From contig CBDDCK010000001.1 of assembly GCA_965225855.1 (NCBI GenBank), positions 160,001 to 224,000 on the forward strand: a stretch of 64,000 bases of DNA, in the 5' to 3' direction. Under the pieces are notes generated by a model. That model saw nothing but the letters and a program-made list of their open reading frames with translations, made no database searches and was not told the DNA's origin. The stretch's first letter is position 1. Every line of letters begins with the position of its first letter. The DNA comes from Spirochaetia bacterium. GTDB lineage: Bacteria > Spirochaetota > Spirochaetia > SP-2023. Positions 48,190-58,986 of this stretch are shown here, piece by piece. Made by a program: the position numbers and the translations under genes.

Positions 48190-50382
48190 ATGTATAAGCT
48201 CAAACTACTTTTATTGCCAGTAGCCTGGCTACTGGCCTTTATGGCCTTGGCCTGCGCCCCACCCGATGACGATGCGCCGTCTTCTGGGCCGTCTGGGCCG
48301 ACTATCAAGAACGCCATGTACGATGTTGGCAAGGCTATCTTAACCGTACAAGGCACTAACTTAAGTCCTACAGAAGCCCAAATCCAAACTATCACGGTAG
48401 CTGGCTTAGCCTTAAGTTCCTATATTGCAGATGCCAAACCCACTGGGCCAAATAGTAACAATCTGGCAAAAGGTAAGTACCGTATGAAAAGCGATGGCAC
48501 AGCGCTTTGGCTGAAACTTAAAGATGAACATAAAGCTGCTCTTGAGGCCAAGGTGGGTAGCAATGGTCTAAAAAAAGGCTTGCTTAGCGTTAGCTCTGGT
48601 GCTTGGGCGGGTTTAGATACAGCCAAAGACTTAACCGTTAGTAATGTACCCGATAAGCAGTCTAAAGTATCCGATGACAATCAGCCATCTAAGCAAACTG
48701 AAGAAGAGTCGCGTAAGCAAACTGAAGACGAACAAGCTGAAGAAGTCGAAGAGCAGTCGCCTAAGCAAGCTAAAGCCGAACAAGTCGAACAAGCTGAAGA
48801 TAAGCAGTCGCCTGAACTACCCGAAGCCGAACAAACCGAAGAAGTCGAAGATAAGCAGTCTAAGACCGAAACCGAAGAGCAGTCGCCTAAAGCTGCAATT
48901 ACCCGTGCAAGCTACAATGTTATTTCAGGCTTCTTAGAGATTACAGGTACTAATTTACCAGCAGCAGTTGCAGACTGGGACTTTAGCAAATTGACGCTTG
49001 TATCCGGTGATGGTACTAATAGATACACATTACCCCGGCACTCAACAGGTCAAGAAAACAGAGCCATAGGTTTTGCAAATAGAAACACAGCCACAGGTTC
49101 TGAAGCAAGTGCAACAAGCTTATATATTGAGTTAAGGGGTAGTGTAAAAGCCAAAGCCGAGAAGATACTGGTTAACGATGGTGTTCGTGATGCTAATGGT
49201 GCATACAACCTGGAAGCAGCAGCAGGCTTTGCAGGTGGTAGCGCTGAAGACACAACCAACCCTATTACCGTTATTGGGTATACAGCCAGCATCACCAAAG
49301 TAGACTACGATGCTAATACAGGCGAGTTATTGATTCAGGGTATCAAGTTACCGAGAGCAGTTGCACGATGGGACTTTAGCAAATTGACGCTTGTATCCGG
49401 TGATGGTAAGAAGAGATACCCATTACCCCAGCACGCAACCGCAGGTGAAAACACAGCCACAGGTTCTAGTGCAGGTACAACCTACTTATATATTACTTTA
49501 AGCGGTAGTATAAAAGCGGAAGCCGAGAAGATACTGGTTAACGATGGTGTTCGTGATGCTAATGGTGCATACAACCTGGAAGCAGCAGCAGGCTTTGCAG
49601 GTGGTAGCGCTGAAGACACAACCAACCCGATTACCGTTAGTGGGTATGTAAGCCTGCTCGACTCCGTATTATACAGAACAACTGTAAGCCAGTTAATTAT
49701 TAAAGGTAGCAGGTTACCGACAGCAGTTGCAGACTGGGACTTTAGCAAATTGACGCTTGTATCCGGTGATGGTAAGAAGAAATACACATTACCACGGCAC
49801 TCAACTGTAGGCGCAAACAGAGCCACAGGTTCTAGTGCAAGTGCAACAGGCATATCTATTACTTTAAGCGGTAGTGTAAAAGCCAAAGTCGAGGCTATAC
49901 TGGTTAAGGTTGGTGATAGTGATAATAATGGTGCATACAACCTGGAAGCAGCAGCAGGATTTGCAGGTGGTAGCGCTGAAGACACAAGCAATAACCCGAT
50001 TACCGTTAGTGGGTATGTAAGCCAGATCACCAACTTAGTCTACAATTCACGTACAGGCGTGTTAACGATTAATGGTATTAATTTACCGTCAACAGTTGCA
50101 GAGTGGGACTTTAGCAAATTGACGCTTGTATCCGGTGATGGTAAGAAGAAATACACATTACCCCAGCACGCAATAGGTGAAAACACAGCCACAGGTTCTA
50201 GGGCATTTAACAACGTCTTATATATTACTTTAAGCGGTAATGTAAAAGTGGAAGCCGATGCTATACTTGATACGGTTGGTCTTCAAGATGCTGATGGTTA
50301 TTACAACCTTGAAGCAGCAGCAGGATTTGTAATGGGTAATCCAGCAGACACAAGCAATAACATTATTTATGTTAGTAATTAG
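48190..50382 (+). CDS. Modular surface lipoprotein B: divergent N-terminal repeat, acidic linker, 4 x about 120-aa repeat domains
   Basis: GGAGG RBS, ATG 48190, lipobox MALAC, WDFSKLTLVSGD domain x4; paralog of 12856-14787. Confidence 0.9.
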   Translation: MYKLKLLLLPVAWLLAFMALACAPPDDDAPSSGPSGPTIKNAMYDVGKAILTVQGTNLSPTEAQIQTITVAGLALSSYIADAKPTGPNSNNLAKGKYRMKSDGTALWLKLKDEHKAALEAKVGSNGLKKGLLSVSSGAWAGLDTAKDLTVSNVPDKQSKVSDDNQPSKQTEEESRKQTEDEQAEEVEEQSPKQAKAEQVEQAEDKQSPELPEAEQTEEVEDKQSKTETEEQSPKAAITRASYNVISGFLEITGTNLPAAVADWDFSKLTLVSGDGTNRYTLPRHSTGQENRAIGFANRNTATGSEASATSLYIELRGSVKAKAEKILVNDGVRDANGAYNLEAAAGFAGGSAEDTTNPITVIGYTASITKVDYDANTGELLIQGIKLPRAVARWDFSKLTLVSGDGKKRYPLPQHATAGENTATGSSAGTTYLYITLSGSIKAEAEKILVNDGVRDANGAYNLEAAAGFAGGSAEDTTNPITVSGYVSLLDSVLYRTTVSQLIIKGSRLPTAVADWDFSKLTLVSGDGKKKYTLPRHSTVGANRATGSSASATGISITLSGSVKAKVEAILVKVGDSDNNGAYNLEAAAGFAGGSAEDTSNNPITVSGYVSQITNLVYNSRTGVLTINGINLPSTVAEWDFSKLTLVSGDGKKKYTLPQHAIGENTATGSRAFNNVLYITLSGNVKVEADAILDTVGLQDADGYYNLEAAAGFVMGNPADTSNNIIYVSN

Positions 50383-50445
50383 TTTGACTGCGCTTACCCA
50401 ATAGCTCTTAAGCTCTTATAGCAGCTAATTGAAAGCTGGCGGGCG

Positions 50446-50496
50446 GCCAACCAAGCAAAATGGTTTTGCAAATGCTGCAAGCAATGCTTGGTTGGC
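50446..50496. terminator. Long hairpin downstream of lipoprotein B (possible terminator)
   Basis: GCCAACCAAGCA / TGCTTGGTTGGC perfect 12-bp stem with an inner TTGCA/TGCAA stem. Confidence 0.55.
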
Positions 50497-50751
50497 TTAT
50501 TGTTAGCCCTTGGAGCATACTAGTGGGCAAGTAACTCAGAAAAGATTTAGAGTACACTTTATCATCTATTGAAAATTTGCCCTAAATAAAATTTGAAAAA
50601 CAAAGAATAAATACCTATCAAAAGTACTTGCAAGAATTAGCTGCATACTCTAATATTTTACTATACTTGCTAACGATGATTTTATATTTATTGAAAATTT
50701 TTAGAGTTGTCCTCGTAATTTTAGAGTAAGCTATATTTGAAAGGAGCTATT

Positions 50752-51345
50752 ATGGAAGCACAATTGGATTCGCTGGTTCGCAGCATAAAATCTGATGGAA
50801 TAGAAAGCGCGCGCAAGGAAGCGGCGGCTATTATAGCGCAAGCCAAAGAAGATGCCCGTAAGATTATTGCTAGTGCAGAAGAAAATGGTAGAGACGCTTT
50901 ATACAAAGTGGAAGAAGAAACGGCAAAGCTTAAAAAAACAGTTGAAGATTCTTTGCGCCAAGCTGCTCGTGATACAGTTTTAGCAGTACGAAAAGATTTA
51001 GAAGTATTGTTCTGCAAGCTTTTACAAGAAGATGTTGGTGAGATTTTAAATGGTGCCAGTTTAGAAAGAATTATTCTCGACTTAATGAAAAGTTGGACTG
51101 TCAGTGCCTCTTTTGACATACAGATATCCCCTGCAGATATGGAATTACTAGCTTCTAGCTTACTCAAGAAATTGAAAGATATAATGCAAGATGATAAATT
51201 TACAATTAAACCTTTGGAAGGAATGAAAGCAGGTTTACGCATTAGCTTTCGCGATGGTACCGCATATTTTGACTTTACAGATCAAGAAATTAGCAATATC
51301 TTGGCACAGCTCCTAAGTCCAAAATTTGCTTCATATTTATCTTAA
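50752..51345 (+). CDS. V-type ATP synthase subunit E
   Basis: AAGGAG RBS; LVRSIKSDGIESARKEA; YFDFTDQEI; first gene of the operon. Confidence 0.88.
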   Translation: MEAQLDSLVRSIKSDGIESARKEAAAIIAQAKEDARKIIASAEENGRDALYKVEEETAKLKKTVEDSLRQAARDTVLAVRKDLEVLFCKLLQEDVGEILNGASLERIILDLMKSWTVSASFDIQISPADMELLASSLLKKLKDIMQDDKFTIKPLEGMKAGLRISFRDGTAYFDFTDQEISNILAQLLSPKFASYLS

Positions 51346-51364
51346 TTTTTGCAAGGTTGTTACT

Positions 51365-51907
51365 GTGGCTGAATATATCTATTTTTGTGTTTCGCTACCT
51401 TTTTTGTATTATGGCAAAGAGCCTCCTCTTAGTTCCCAGAAATTCCTTCAATTAGCCTCAACAAATTTATCATATGCTGATTTCCAAAAAATTGATGGTT
51501 TAGATTTTAGTTGTACCAATCAACGTATTCTTACATCGAGTTTCCTCCAAGATTATTACCGATGGGAAATTGCTTTGCGTAATCAAGTAATGCTGCAACG
51601 CTTGAAAACTGTTGAACAACGAAATGCAAAATTGCGCAATGGTGGGGTTGGTAGCACAATGCTAACAGCTTCTTTAGAGCAATTATTACAACAAGAACCA
51701 CTAGCGATAGAGCAAGGATTAGATTTGCTGCGTTGGAATAAACTGAATGAGCTATGTGGTGCTCGTTTATTCGATATGTTTTTTATTGCAATATATTTTT
51801 TGAAACTAAAGGTTTTAGAACGTGCTGTTATGTGGCAAAAAGAATTAGGTAAAGAACAATATGAAAAGGTTAGCAAAGAATTAGTAGAAGAGGTAGGAGG
51901 AGTGTAA
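51365..51907 (+). CDS. V-type ATPase subunit C-like (DUF2764) protein
   Basis: YIYFCVSLPFL, WEIALRN, LDLLRW, YFLKLKVLER; lies between E and A; start (GTG 51365) approximate. Confidence 0.8.
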   Translation: MAEYIYFCVSLPFLYYGKEPPLSSQKFLQLASTNLSYADFQKIDGLDFSCTNQRILTSSFLQDYYRWEIALRNQVMLQRLKTVEQRNAKLRNGGVGSTMLTASLEQLLQQEPLAIEQGLDLLRWNKLNELCGARLFDMFFIAIYFLKLKVLERAVMWQKELGKEQYEKVSKELVEEVGGV

Positions 51908-53706
51908 TGACGCAAGGAAATATCCAGGGCGTAAACGGCAACATGGTTACTGTTGTATTCGATGGTAAAGTCTCTTTAAATGAAGTAGCGTATATTGCTG
52001 TAGGTGAAAGAGATGGTGAGGCTGTTTGCAAATTAAAAGCAGAAGTTATCCGCGTTCGTGGTAACTTAGCGCAGCTACAAGTTTTTGAACCAACAAAAGG
52101 GTTGCAAATTGGTAATACTGTAGAATTTACCGATGAATTATTGGCCGTAGAGTTAGGGCCTGGTTTGCTAACTCAAATTTACGATGGTCTACAAAATCCG
52201 TTGCCCGAATTAGCAGAGGCCGCTGGTCATTTTCTCGAAAGAGGTATATATCTTGATCCATTGCCACGCGATAAACAATGGGATTTTACGCCACAAATAG
52301 AGGTAGGAGATCGCATAACGGGTGGTGATACTCTGGGTACAGTTCCAGAAGGTTCATTCCAGCATCGCATCATGGTTCCTTTTAATATAATTACAGAGTG
52401 CGAAGTACTTTCCATAGCTAGATCCGGACGTTATACCGTAAAAGAAGATATTGCTGAAATTCAAGATAGTAATACAGGTAAAAAACATAAATTGACGATG
52501 ATGTTCACCTGGCCAGTAAAACGCCCGATCACCCGTTATACCGAGCGTCTGAAACCCACCAAGCCCATGGTAACTAAAGTCCGCTTAGTCGATACTTTTT
52601 TTCCTGTTGCTCTGGGCGGGACTTATTGTATCCCAGGGCCTTTTGGTGCTGGAAAAACCGTATTACAGCAAATTACTAGCCGCCACGCTGAAGTTGACAT
52701 TGTAATTATTGCCGCATGTGGTGAGCGTGCGGGTGAGGTGGTAGAAACTCTCGTAGAGTTTCCTGAATTGACCGATCCTCGAACCGGTCGCTCCTTAATG
52801 GAACGAACTATTATTATTTGCAATACTTCCTCCATGCCTGTTGCAGCGCGCGAAGCTTCTGTATATACCGGCGTAACTTTGGCTGAATATTTCCGACAAA
52901 TGGGACTCAATGTGTTATTGTTAGCTGACTCGACTTCTCGCTGGGCACAAGCTATGCGGGAAATGTCTGGCCGTCTTGAGGAAATTCCAGGGGAAGAGGC
53001 TTTCCCTGCTTATTTAGAATCTAGTATTGCGGCCTTTTACGAACGTGCTGGTATCGTGCGATTGAAGACAGGGGAAACTGGCTCTGTAACCATTGGTGGT
53101 TCTGTTTCACCCGCAGGCGGTAACTTTGAAGAACCGGTGACACAAGCTACATTAAAAGTAGTTGGGGCATTCCACGGTTTATCTCGTGAGCGTTCCGATG
53201 CTCGTAAATTCCCAGCAATTCACCCGATTGAATCTTGGAGTAAATACGAAGGAATTGTTCCAGAACGCAAAAGAAGCCATGCTAATCGGATATTGCACCG
53301 TGGATTTGAAGTTGAAGCGATGATGAAAGTGGTCGGTGAAGAAGGTACGTCTATGGCTGACTATGTCATTTATGAAAAAAGTGAGTTAATCGATTCGACT
53401 TATATTCAACAAAATTCGTTCCATCATGTAGATGCAGCGGTATCCCCTAAGCGTCAAAATTACGTTTTTGATTTGTTATTGCATTGTTTGCTCACAGAGT
53501 TTGATTTTGACAACAAAGATGAAGCACGGCAGTTTTTTAACAAATTGCGTATGTCATTGTTAGATATGAACGGTGTTCCATGGGAAGTTGACGACCAGCC
53601 AAGTGTCGAATTTAACAATTTAGAGAAAGAAGTTATCGATCTGGTAAAATCGAAAGGTAAAGGATATCAGCCAGGTGCAAAAAATATCTTGGAGGCAAAA
53701 GCATGA
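51907..53706 (+). CDS. V-type ATP synthase subunit A
   Basis: [36 protein letters not shown]. Confidence 0.97.
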   Translation: MTQGNIQGVNGNMVTVVFDGKVSLNEVAYIAVGERDGEAVCKLKAEVIRVRGNLAQLQVFEPTKGLQIGNTVEFTDELLAVELGPGLLTQIYDGLQNPLPELAEAAGHFLERGIYLDPLPRDKQWDFTPQIEVGDRITGGDTLGTVPEGSFQHRIMVPFNIITECEVLSIARSGRYTVKEDIAEIQDSNTGKKHKLTMMFTWPVKRPITRYTERLKPTKPMVTKVRLVDTFFPVALGGTYCIPGPFGAGKTVLQQITSRHAEVDIVIIAACGERAGEVVETLVEFPELTDPRTGRSLMERTIIICNTSSMPVAAREASVYTGVTLAEYFRQMGLNVLLLADSTSRWAQAMREMSGRLEEIPGEEAFPAYLESSIAAFYERAGIVRLKTGETGSVTIGGSVSPAGGNFEEPVTQATLKVVGAFHGLSRERSDARKFPAIHPIESWSKYEGIVPERKRSHANRILHRGFEVEAMMKVVGEEGTSMADYVIYEKSELIDSTYIQQNSFHHVDAAVSPKRQNYVFDLLLHCLLTEFDFDNKDEARQFFNKLRMSLLDMNGVPWEVDDQPSVEFNNLEKEVIDLVKSKGKGYQPGAKNILEAKA

Positions 53707-55016
53707 GTAAAATCATGAATAAAGTTTACAGCAAAATTGAAGCTATTGCCGGTAGTGTCATTACGGTTCGTGCCGATGGTGTTTCCTATGGAGAGCTTGC
53801 TGAAATTAAAACCCGTTTTGGGATTTCTTTAGCCGAAGTTATCAAATTAGATCGAGATATGGTAACACTTCAAGTTTTTGCCGGTGGGCGTGGTGTTTCC
53901 ACTGGAGATGAGGTACGCTTCTTTGGTGATCCAATGCAAGTGTCTTTTTCTGAAAATTTATTAGGCCGTGTATTCAATGGTTCAGGAGAACCAAGAGATA
54001 ATGGACCAACGCTTAAAGAAAATTTAATTACTATCGGTGGACCCTCTTTTAATCCGTCAAAACGTATTGTTCCAAAGCAAATGATTCGTACGGGTATCCC
54101 GATGATCGACTTGTTTAATACATTAGTTGTATCACAAAAATTGCCAATTTTTTCCATTTCAGGTGAGCCTTACAATCAGCTTTTAGCTCGTATTGCCATG
54201 CAAGCTGAAGTTGACCTAATTATTTTGGGTGGCATGGGCTTAAAATACGATGACTATCTATATTTTAGGGATACACTGGAAGAAGGTGGTTCATTAAGTA
54301 AAACGATTATGTTTGTCCATACAGCTTCTGATCCTGTAGTAGAATGCCTGATGGTGCCTGATATTTCACTGGCTATCGCTGAAAAGTTTGCCTTGCAAGG
54401 TAAAAATGCGCTTGTACTACTTACGGATATGACAAACTTTTCTGACTCAATGAAAGAGATTGCTATTACTCAAGAACAAGTGCCTTCCAACCGAGGCTAT
54501 CCGGGTGATCTCTATTCTCAATTGGCGTCTCGTTACGAAAAAGCTGTAGACATCGAAGGCAATGGTTCTATTACCATTTTAGCCGTAACTACTATGCCAG
54601 GCGATGATGTAACTCATCCGGTACCCGACAACACAGGCTATATTACGGAAGGCCAGTATTATTTGCGTGGAGGACGCATTGAACCTTTCGGTTCTCTCTC
54701 CCGTTTAAAGCAGCAAGTCAATGATTCTATCCGTGAAGATCATCGTGCAATTATGGACGGAATGATCAAATTGTATGCCAATTATAAATCTTCACTGGAA
54801 AAACAATCTATGGGTTTTTCAATGAGTAATTGGGATAACAAATTATTGAAATATGGAAACTTATTTGAAAGCCAAATGATGGACCTTTCTGTAAATCTTT
54901 CTCTTGAAGCACAATTGGATAATGGTTGGGAAATTTTGGCTGAATGCTTTGCACCTGAAGAAACAGGTTTGCGTTCTAATCTGATCGAAAAATTTTGGCC
55001 TAAAATTGTTAGTTAA
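53703..55016 (+). CDS. V-type ATP synthase subunit B
   Basis: [34 protein letters not shown]. Confidence 0.97.
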   Translation: MSKIMNKVYSKIEAIAGSVITVRADGVSYGELAEIKTRFGISLAEVIKLDRDMVTLQVFAGGRGVSTGDEVRFFGDPMQVSFSENLLGRVFNGSGEPRDNGPTLKENLITIGGPSFNPSKRIVPKQMIRTGIPMIDLFNTLVVSQKLPIFSISGEPYNQLLARIAMQAEVDLIILGGMGLKYDDYLYFRDTLEEGGSLSKTIMFVHTASDPVVECLMVPDISLAIAEKFALQGKNALVLLTDMTNFSDSMKEIAITQEQVPSNRGYPGDLYSQLASRYEKAVDIEGNGSITILAVTTMPGDDVTHPVPDNTGYITEGQYYLRGGRIEPFGSLSRLKQQVNDSIREDHRAIMDGMIKLYANYKSSLEKQSMGFSMSNWDNKLLKYGNLFESQMMDLSVNLSLEAQLDNGWEILAECFAPEETGLRSNLIEKFWPKIVS

Positions 55017-55046
55017 GTTCAAAAAGTCATTTAGGGAAATTTTGCC

Positions 55047-55685
55047 ATGACAAAAATTAAATTAACAAAAAATGAATTGAAAAAGCAGAAAGATGCTTTG
55101 AAAATGTTTAAGCGTTATTTGCCAACGTTACAGCTTAAAAAACAACAGCTGCAAGTAGAGATTGCTGGGGTACAAGAAAAAGCCAATGCGATTATGGCTG
55201 AATTAGACCGATTCCAAAAACGTCTGGATTCATGGGTTGCGCTATACGGCGAAGAATTTCCTTTTAAGCAGTATTTACAAATAAGAGAGTTAGTTACGGG
55301 GCTAGGAAACATTGCGGGTGTAGAGATTCCCGTATTTGAGAAAGTAACATTTGATATTTCAGAATATGATTTGTTTGAAACTTCTCCGTGGATTGATCAC
55401 GGTATAAAAGCAATTCAAGATACTATTTCTCTACGTTTACAGCACAATATTTACCAAGAACAAAAACGTCGCTTGGAAACTGAATTACGCGTAACTACTC
55501 AGCGGGTTAATCTTTTTGAAAAAGTAAAAATTCCCGAAACTAAGGCAAACATTAAGAAAATTGCTGTCTATATGGGCGATCAACAAACGGCAGCGGTTGT
55601 TTGTGGCAAAATTGCAAAAAAGAAATTAGAAGAGCGCAATGCGGCAGCAGATAAAGCTGCAAGTTCTAATAAGGGGGCTGCATGA
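55047..55685 (+). CDS. V-type ATP synthase subunit D
   Basis: KLTKNELKKQK..YLPTLQLKKQQL, TTQRVNLFEKVKIP. Confidence 0.95.
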   Translation: MTKIKLTKNELKKQKDALKMFKRYLPTLQLKKQQLQVEIAGVQEKANAIMAELDRFQKRLDSWVALYGEEFPFKQYLQIRELVTGLGNIAGVEIPVFEKVTFDISEYDLFETSPWIDHGIKAIQDTISLRLQHNIYQEQKRRLETELRVTTQRVNLFEKVKIPETKANIKKIAVYMGDQQTAAVVCGKIAKKKLEERNAAADKAASSNKGAA

Positions 55686-57571
55686 TTATTCCAATGAAAC
55701 GCTGCTTTATTTTGTTGCAAGAATGCCATGTGAAAAATTGTTTAGAACGAATTCAGCTATTAGGATTCTTACATATATCTCAGCAGCGTTATGAAACAGA
55801 GAAAATTGCAAAGCTGCATCACAAATTAAAAAACATTGAGGGAATTTTAGAACGTCTGAAGCTATTAGCCCCAAAACAGGGTTACCAAATTGTATCCAAT
55901 TATGATAAACCTAGGATTGAAAGTTTACAGGAAAGTTTAAATACTTTAATGGCTGAAGAACGCGAAAATAAAGAAGAGATTGATAATTTGCGTAATAGTT
56001 CATCTAGTTGGTCTGTATGGGGTGAATTTGATCCTTCTTTGATCCATGAATTAAAAAACCATGGTATACAAATTCATTTGTTTGCAGTTAATGAGTTGCA
56101 GCTTTCCAGATTGAGAGAAAGTTCCATCGAATATTTTATCATCAATAAAGAAGCAGATAAAACTTTGGTTGCACTGATTGATAGGGGTTTAGCTTCAGAT
56201 GAAGAACGAGAGGAATTATTTTCTCACTTGCCAATGGAGCTAGAGCTGCCTGAATTTTCTTCTAAAGGATTTGAAAAAAAGATTTTAGAACTAGGGCAGC
56301 GCAATGCGCATATTGAAAAAATATTACGAGATCGTCTTTATGAGCAAAATGCATTGTATGCATATTCTCAAGATTTAGCAGATCAGCTCGAATTTGAAAA
56401 AGCTTATAATAACCTAGAAGACCTTGGGGATGGGATTTTTTTACTCAGTGGCTATACACCAGAAGAAAATCTTAATGATTTGAAGTTTTTAGCAAAAAAT
56501 TACTCATTTGGTTTAATATTGCGCGATGTAGATTTAGACCAAGGAGATCAAGCTCCAACTAAACTGAAGCAAAATTTTATTTCACGATTGATAAATCCGA
56601 TCATGTCTTTCTTAGAGGTAACGCCAGCTTATCATGAACCTGATATTTCGTTTTCGTTTTTTAGCTTTTTCACGGTTTTTGTGTCCATGATCATGAGTGA
56701 TGCTGTTTACGGTATTGCTATTATATTGCTGGGATTGATAACGCAGATTGCTACCAAAAAATTTAGTACCTTGACGCAAATGTTATATGTTCTTGGTTCG
56801 GCAACTTTTATTTGGGGTACTGCTTCGGGTTCATGGTTTGGCTCGCAGAGTATTGCAAATATGGAGCTGTTTAAAGCTTACAGCATATGGCAGTTATCTG
56901 TTTACCCCGAGTTATTTGGACATACGGCTAAAGAACAGCAAAATTTTATTATGTGGCTTTGTTTTAGTCTTGGAGCAATCCATTTGATTGTGGCGCATTT
57001 ATGGCGTATGTTCCGTGAGCTGAAACAATTTGAACTAAAAGGTTTATCAAATCTTGGTATGATCGCCATGATAAATGGTTTATATTGGGTTCTTCTTTGG
57101 ATGGTACGGATTCAAGATACCGTACCGAGTTATGCTTTGCCATCTTTGATTGCTGGATTGTCAATAGTCATTTGTTTTGGTCAACAAGAAAAAGGTGTAG
57201 ATTTTTTCACAGGAATACTTCGAGGGCTAACGGGTTTATTCACTACATTCCTTGATACCGTCGGCTTATTTGGTGATATTATGTCTTACATTCGTCTGTT
57301 TGCAGTTAGTATAGCTTCATTTTCCATTGCTTCGAGCTTCAATGGCATGGGAAACGGTATCATTGAATCAGGCAATGGTTCATTAGGTATTATCCTCTTT
57401 CTAGCTGGCTTTTTGATTTTGGTAATCGGGCATTTGATCAACTTTGTGTTAGGTTGTTTGTCCGTAATTGTGCATGCCGTGCGTTTAAACATGTTGGAAT
57501 TCTCTAACCATATTGGTTTAGAGTGGTCGGGTTACAAATATCAACCTTTTATTAAACGTCGTATAAAATAA
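55682..57571 (+). CDS. V-type ATP synthase subunit I
   Basis: MIIPMK, SDAVYG, DIMSYIRLFAV, VHAVRLNMLEF. Confidence 0.94.
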   Translation: MIIPMKRCFILLQECHVKNCLERIQLLGFLHISQQRYETEKIAKLHHKLKNIEGILERLKLLAPKQGYQIVSNYDKPRIESLQESLNTLMAEERENKEEIDNLRNSSSSWSVWGEFDPSLIHELKNHGIQIHLFAVNELQLSRLRESSIEYFIINKEADKTLVALIDRGLASDEEREELFSHLPMELELPEFSSKGFEKKILELGQRNAHIEKILRDRLYEQNALYAYSQDLADQLEFEKAYNNLEDLGDGIFLLSGYTPEENLNDLKFLAKNYSFGLILRDVDLDQGDQAPTKLKQNFISRLINPIMSFLEVTPAYHEPDISFSFFSFFTVFVSMIMSDAVYGIAIILLGLITQIATKKFSTLTQMLYVLGSATFIWGTASGSWFGSQSIANMELFKAYSIWQLSVYPELFGHTAKEQQNFIMWLCFSLGAIHLIVAHLWRMFRELKQFELKGLSNLGMIAMINGLYWVLLWMVRIQDTVPSYALPSLIAGLSIVICFGQQEKGVDFFTGILRGLTGLFTTFLDTVGLFGDIMSYIRLFAVSIASFSIASSFNGMGNGIIESGNGSLGIILFLAGFLILVIGHLINFVLGCLSVIVHAVRLNMLEFSNHIGLEWSGYKYQPFIKRRIK

Positions 57572-57599
57572 AAACTTAAAATATAAAGGGAGTTTGCCA

Positions 57600-58061
57600 A
57601 TGAACTTAGATATTGGAACAATGGGTGCTGCTGCTGCACTGGGATTAGCTGCTGCTGGGTCTGCCTTAGGAACAGGTAGCGCAGCCCAAGGCGCAGTTGG
57701 GGCAATGAAAAAATCTCTGCTTGCAGGGAAGATCGCGCCAACTATGCTAACAACATTTTCTGCCTTCCCGCTTTCGCAAACAATTTACGGTATCGTACTT
57801 TTGTTTACAATACTTGCAGCCCAAGGTGTAGCGGCCCCTGGTGCGTTATTTGGTGCCGGGCTTTTTGGTGGTTTAGGTATGGGTTTTTCAGCTTGGTACC
57901 AAGGCCGAGTTATGGCCGCTGCTTGTGATGCGTTTGTCGAAACAAATGGCAAGGGAACAGCTGGCTATATTTTATTGGCTGGTATTGTAGAATCTGTTGC
58001 TATTTTTGTATTGGCCATGTTGATTGTGGCTATTGGTCAGGCAGCTAATTTACAAACTTGA
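57600..58061 (+). CDS. V-type ATP synthase subunit K (proteolipid)
   Basis: 4 TM helices; GSALG, PLSQTIYG, WYQG, GIVES. Confidence 0.93.
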   Translation: MNLDIGTMGAAAALGLAAAGSALGTGSAAQGAVGAMKKSLLAGKIAPTMLTTFSAFPLSQTIYGIVLLFTILAAQGVAAPGALFGAGLFGGLGMGFSAWYQGRVMAAACDAFVETNGKGTAGYILLAGIVESVAIFVLAMLIVAIGQAANLQT

Positions 58062-58152
58062 ATTTCTAAGTCCTTCTTAAAAATTTTAGATTTAGGGATT
58101 GCAGTTATAATTGCTGCTCCCTTTTTCTAATATATATTAAGGCCGTGCTGCA

Positions 58153-58980
58153 ATGGCAGAATTAAAAGAAAGTCGAGTTCTTCACTTAAAAGTCAGCCTA
58201 GGGTCTTTTGTATCTTTCATCGATAAAATCTGTGCTTGGGCCTTAGAAAAGTCTGAAATTTTAGATAATTCAGGAAATATCCTTCCAAACAAAAGAAGTG
58301 GCAAATATGTATGTGTTGCCCCAGTTGCAGCTTGTATGGAAGCTTTTTGGAATACAGAGTTTCGCCGTATTTGCCAAGAGGCTGATTTAGTAAGCCCAGA
58401 TGGGACACCTATTGTTTGGGCTCTGCGCCGTTTGGGTCATTCAAAACAACAAAGAATCTCTGGACCAGATTTAATGGCAGCCTTATGCCGTGAAGCCGCT
58501 GCACAAAATATTCCGATAGGTTTATATGGTGGAACTCAATTAGGGTTAGGCTTATTACAACAAAATTTACAGCAGCAATATCCTGAATTAAACATAGCCT
58601 ATGCCTATTCTCCACCATTTCGTTCTGTAGGTGAGGCTGAATCTGCAGAAATTTTAGAAGCAATACGGCAAAGTGGTGCTAAATTATTATTTGTCGGCAT
58701 TGGTTGCCCCAAACAAGAAATTTGGATGGCTAAATACAAAGACCAATTGCCCTTAGTTATGCTAGGCGTTGGAGCCGCATTTTTATACCATTCTGTAAAG
58801 CTCCGGCGCGCACCAGTTTGGTTCCAGAATTGTGGATTTGAATGGCTATTTCGTCTTTTACAAGAACCCAAAAGATTATTTAAACGCTATCTAAAAACCA
58901 ACTTAGCCTTTTTATGGCATACTCATCTACTTTCGGCAAGAAAGTTACGCAAATATTTACCGGAAAATATAGTACATTAG
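58153..58980 (+). CDS. WecB/TagA/CpsF family glycosyltransferase
   Basis: PDGTPIVW, RISGPDL, SPPF, VGIGCPKQE, GVGAAF, RAP, EWLFRL.QEPKRL..RY. Confidence 0.93.
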   Translation: MAELKESRVLHLKVSLGSFVSFIDKICAWALEKSEILDNSGNILPNKRSGKYVCVAPVAACMEAFWNTEFRRICQEADLVSPDGTPIVWALRRLGHSKQQRISGPDLMAALCREAAAQNIPIGLYGGTQLGLGLLQQNLQQQYPELNIAYAYSPPFRSVGEAESAEILEAIRQSGAKLLFVGIGCPKQEIWMAKYKDQLPLVMLGVGAAFLYHSVKLRRAPVWFQNCGFEWLFRLLQEPKRLFKRYLKTNLAFLWHTHLLSARKLRKYLPENIVH

Positions 58981-58986
58981 AAATAA

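Noticed and set aside
13693..50382. Diversity-generating retroelement acting on the lipoprotein repeats
   Set aside because: No reverse transcriptase in the window. Differences between repeats include indels and are not visibly restricted to adenines.
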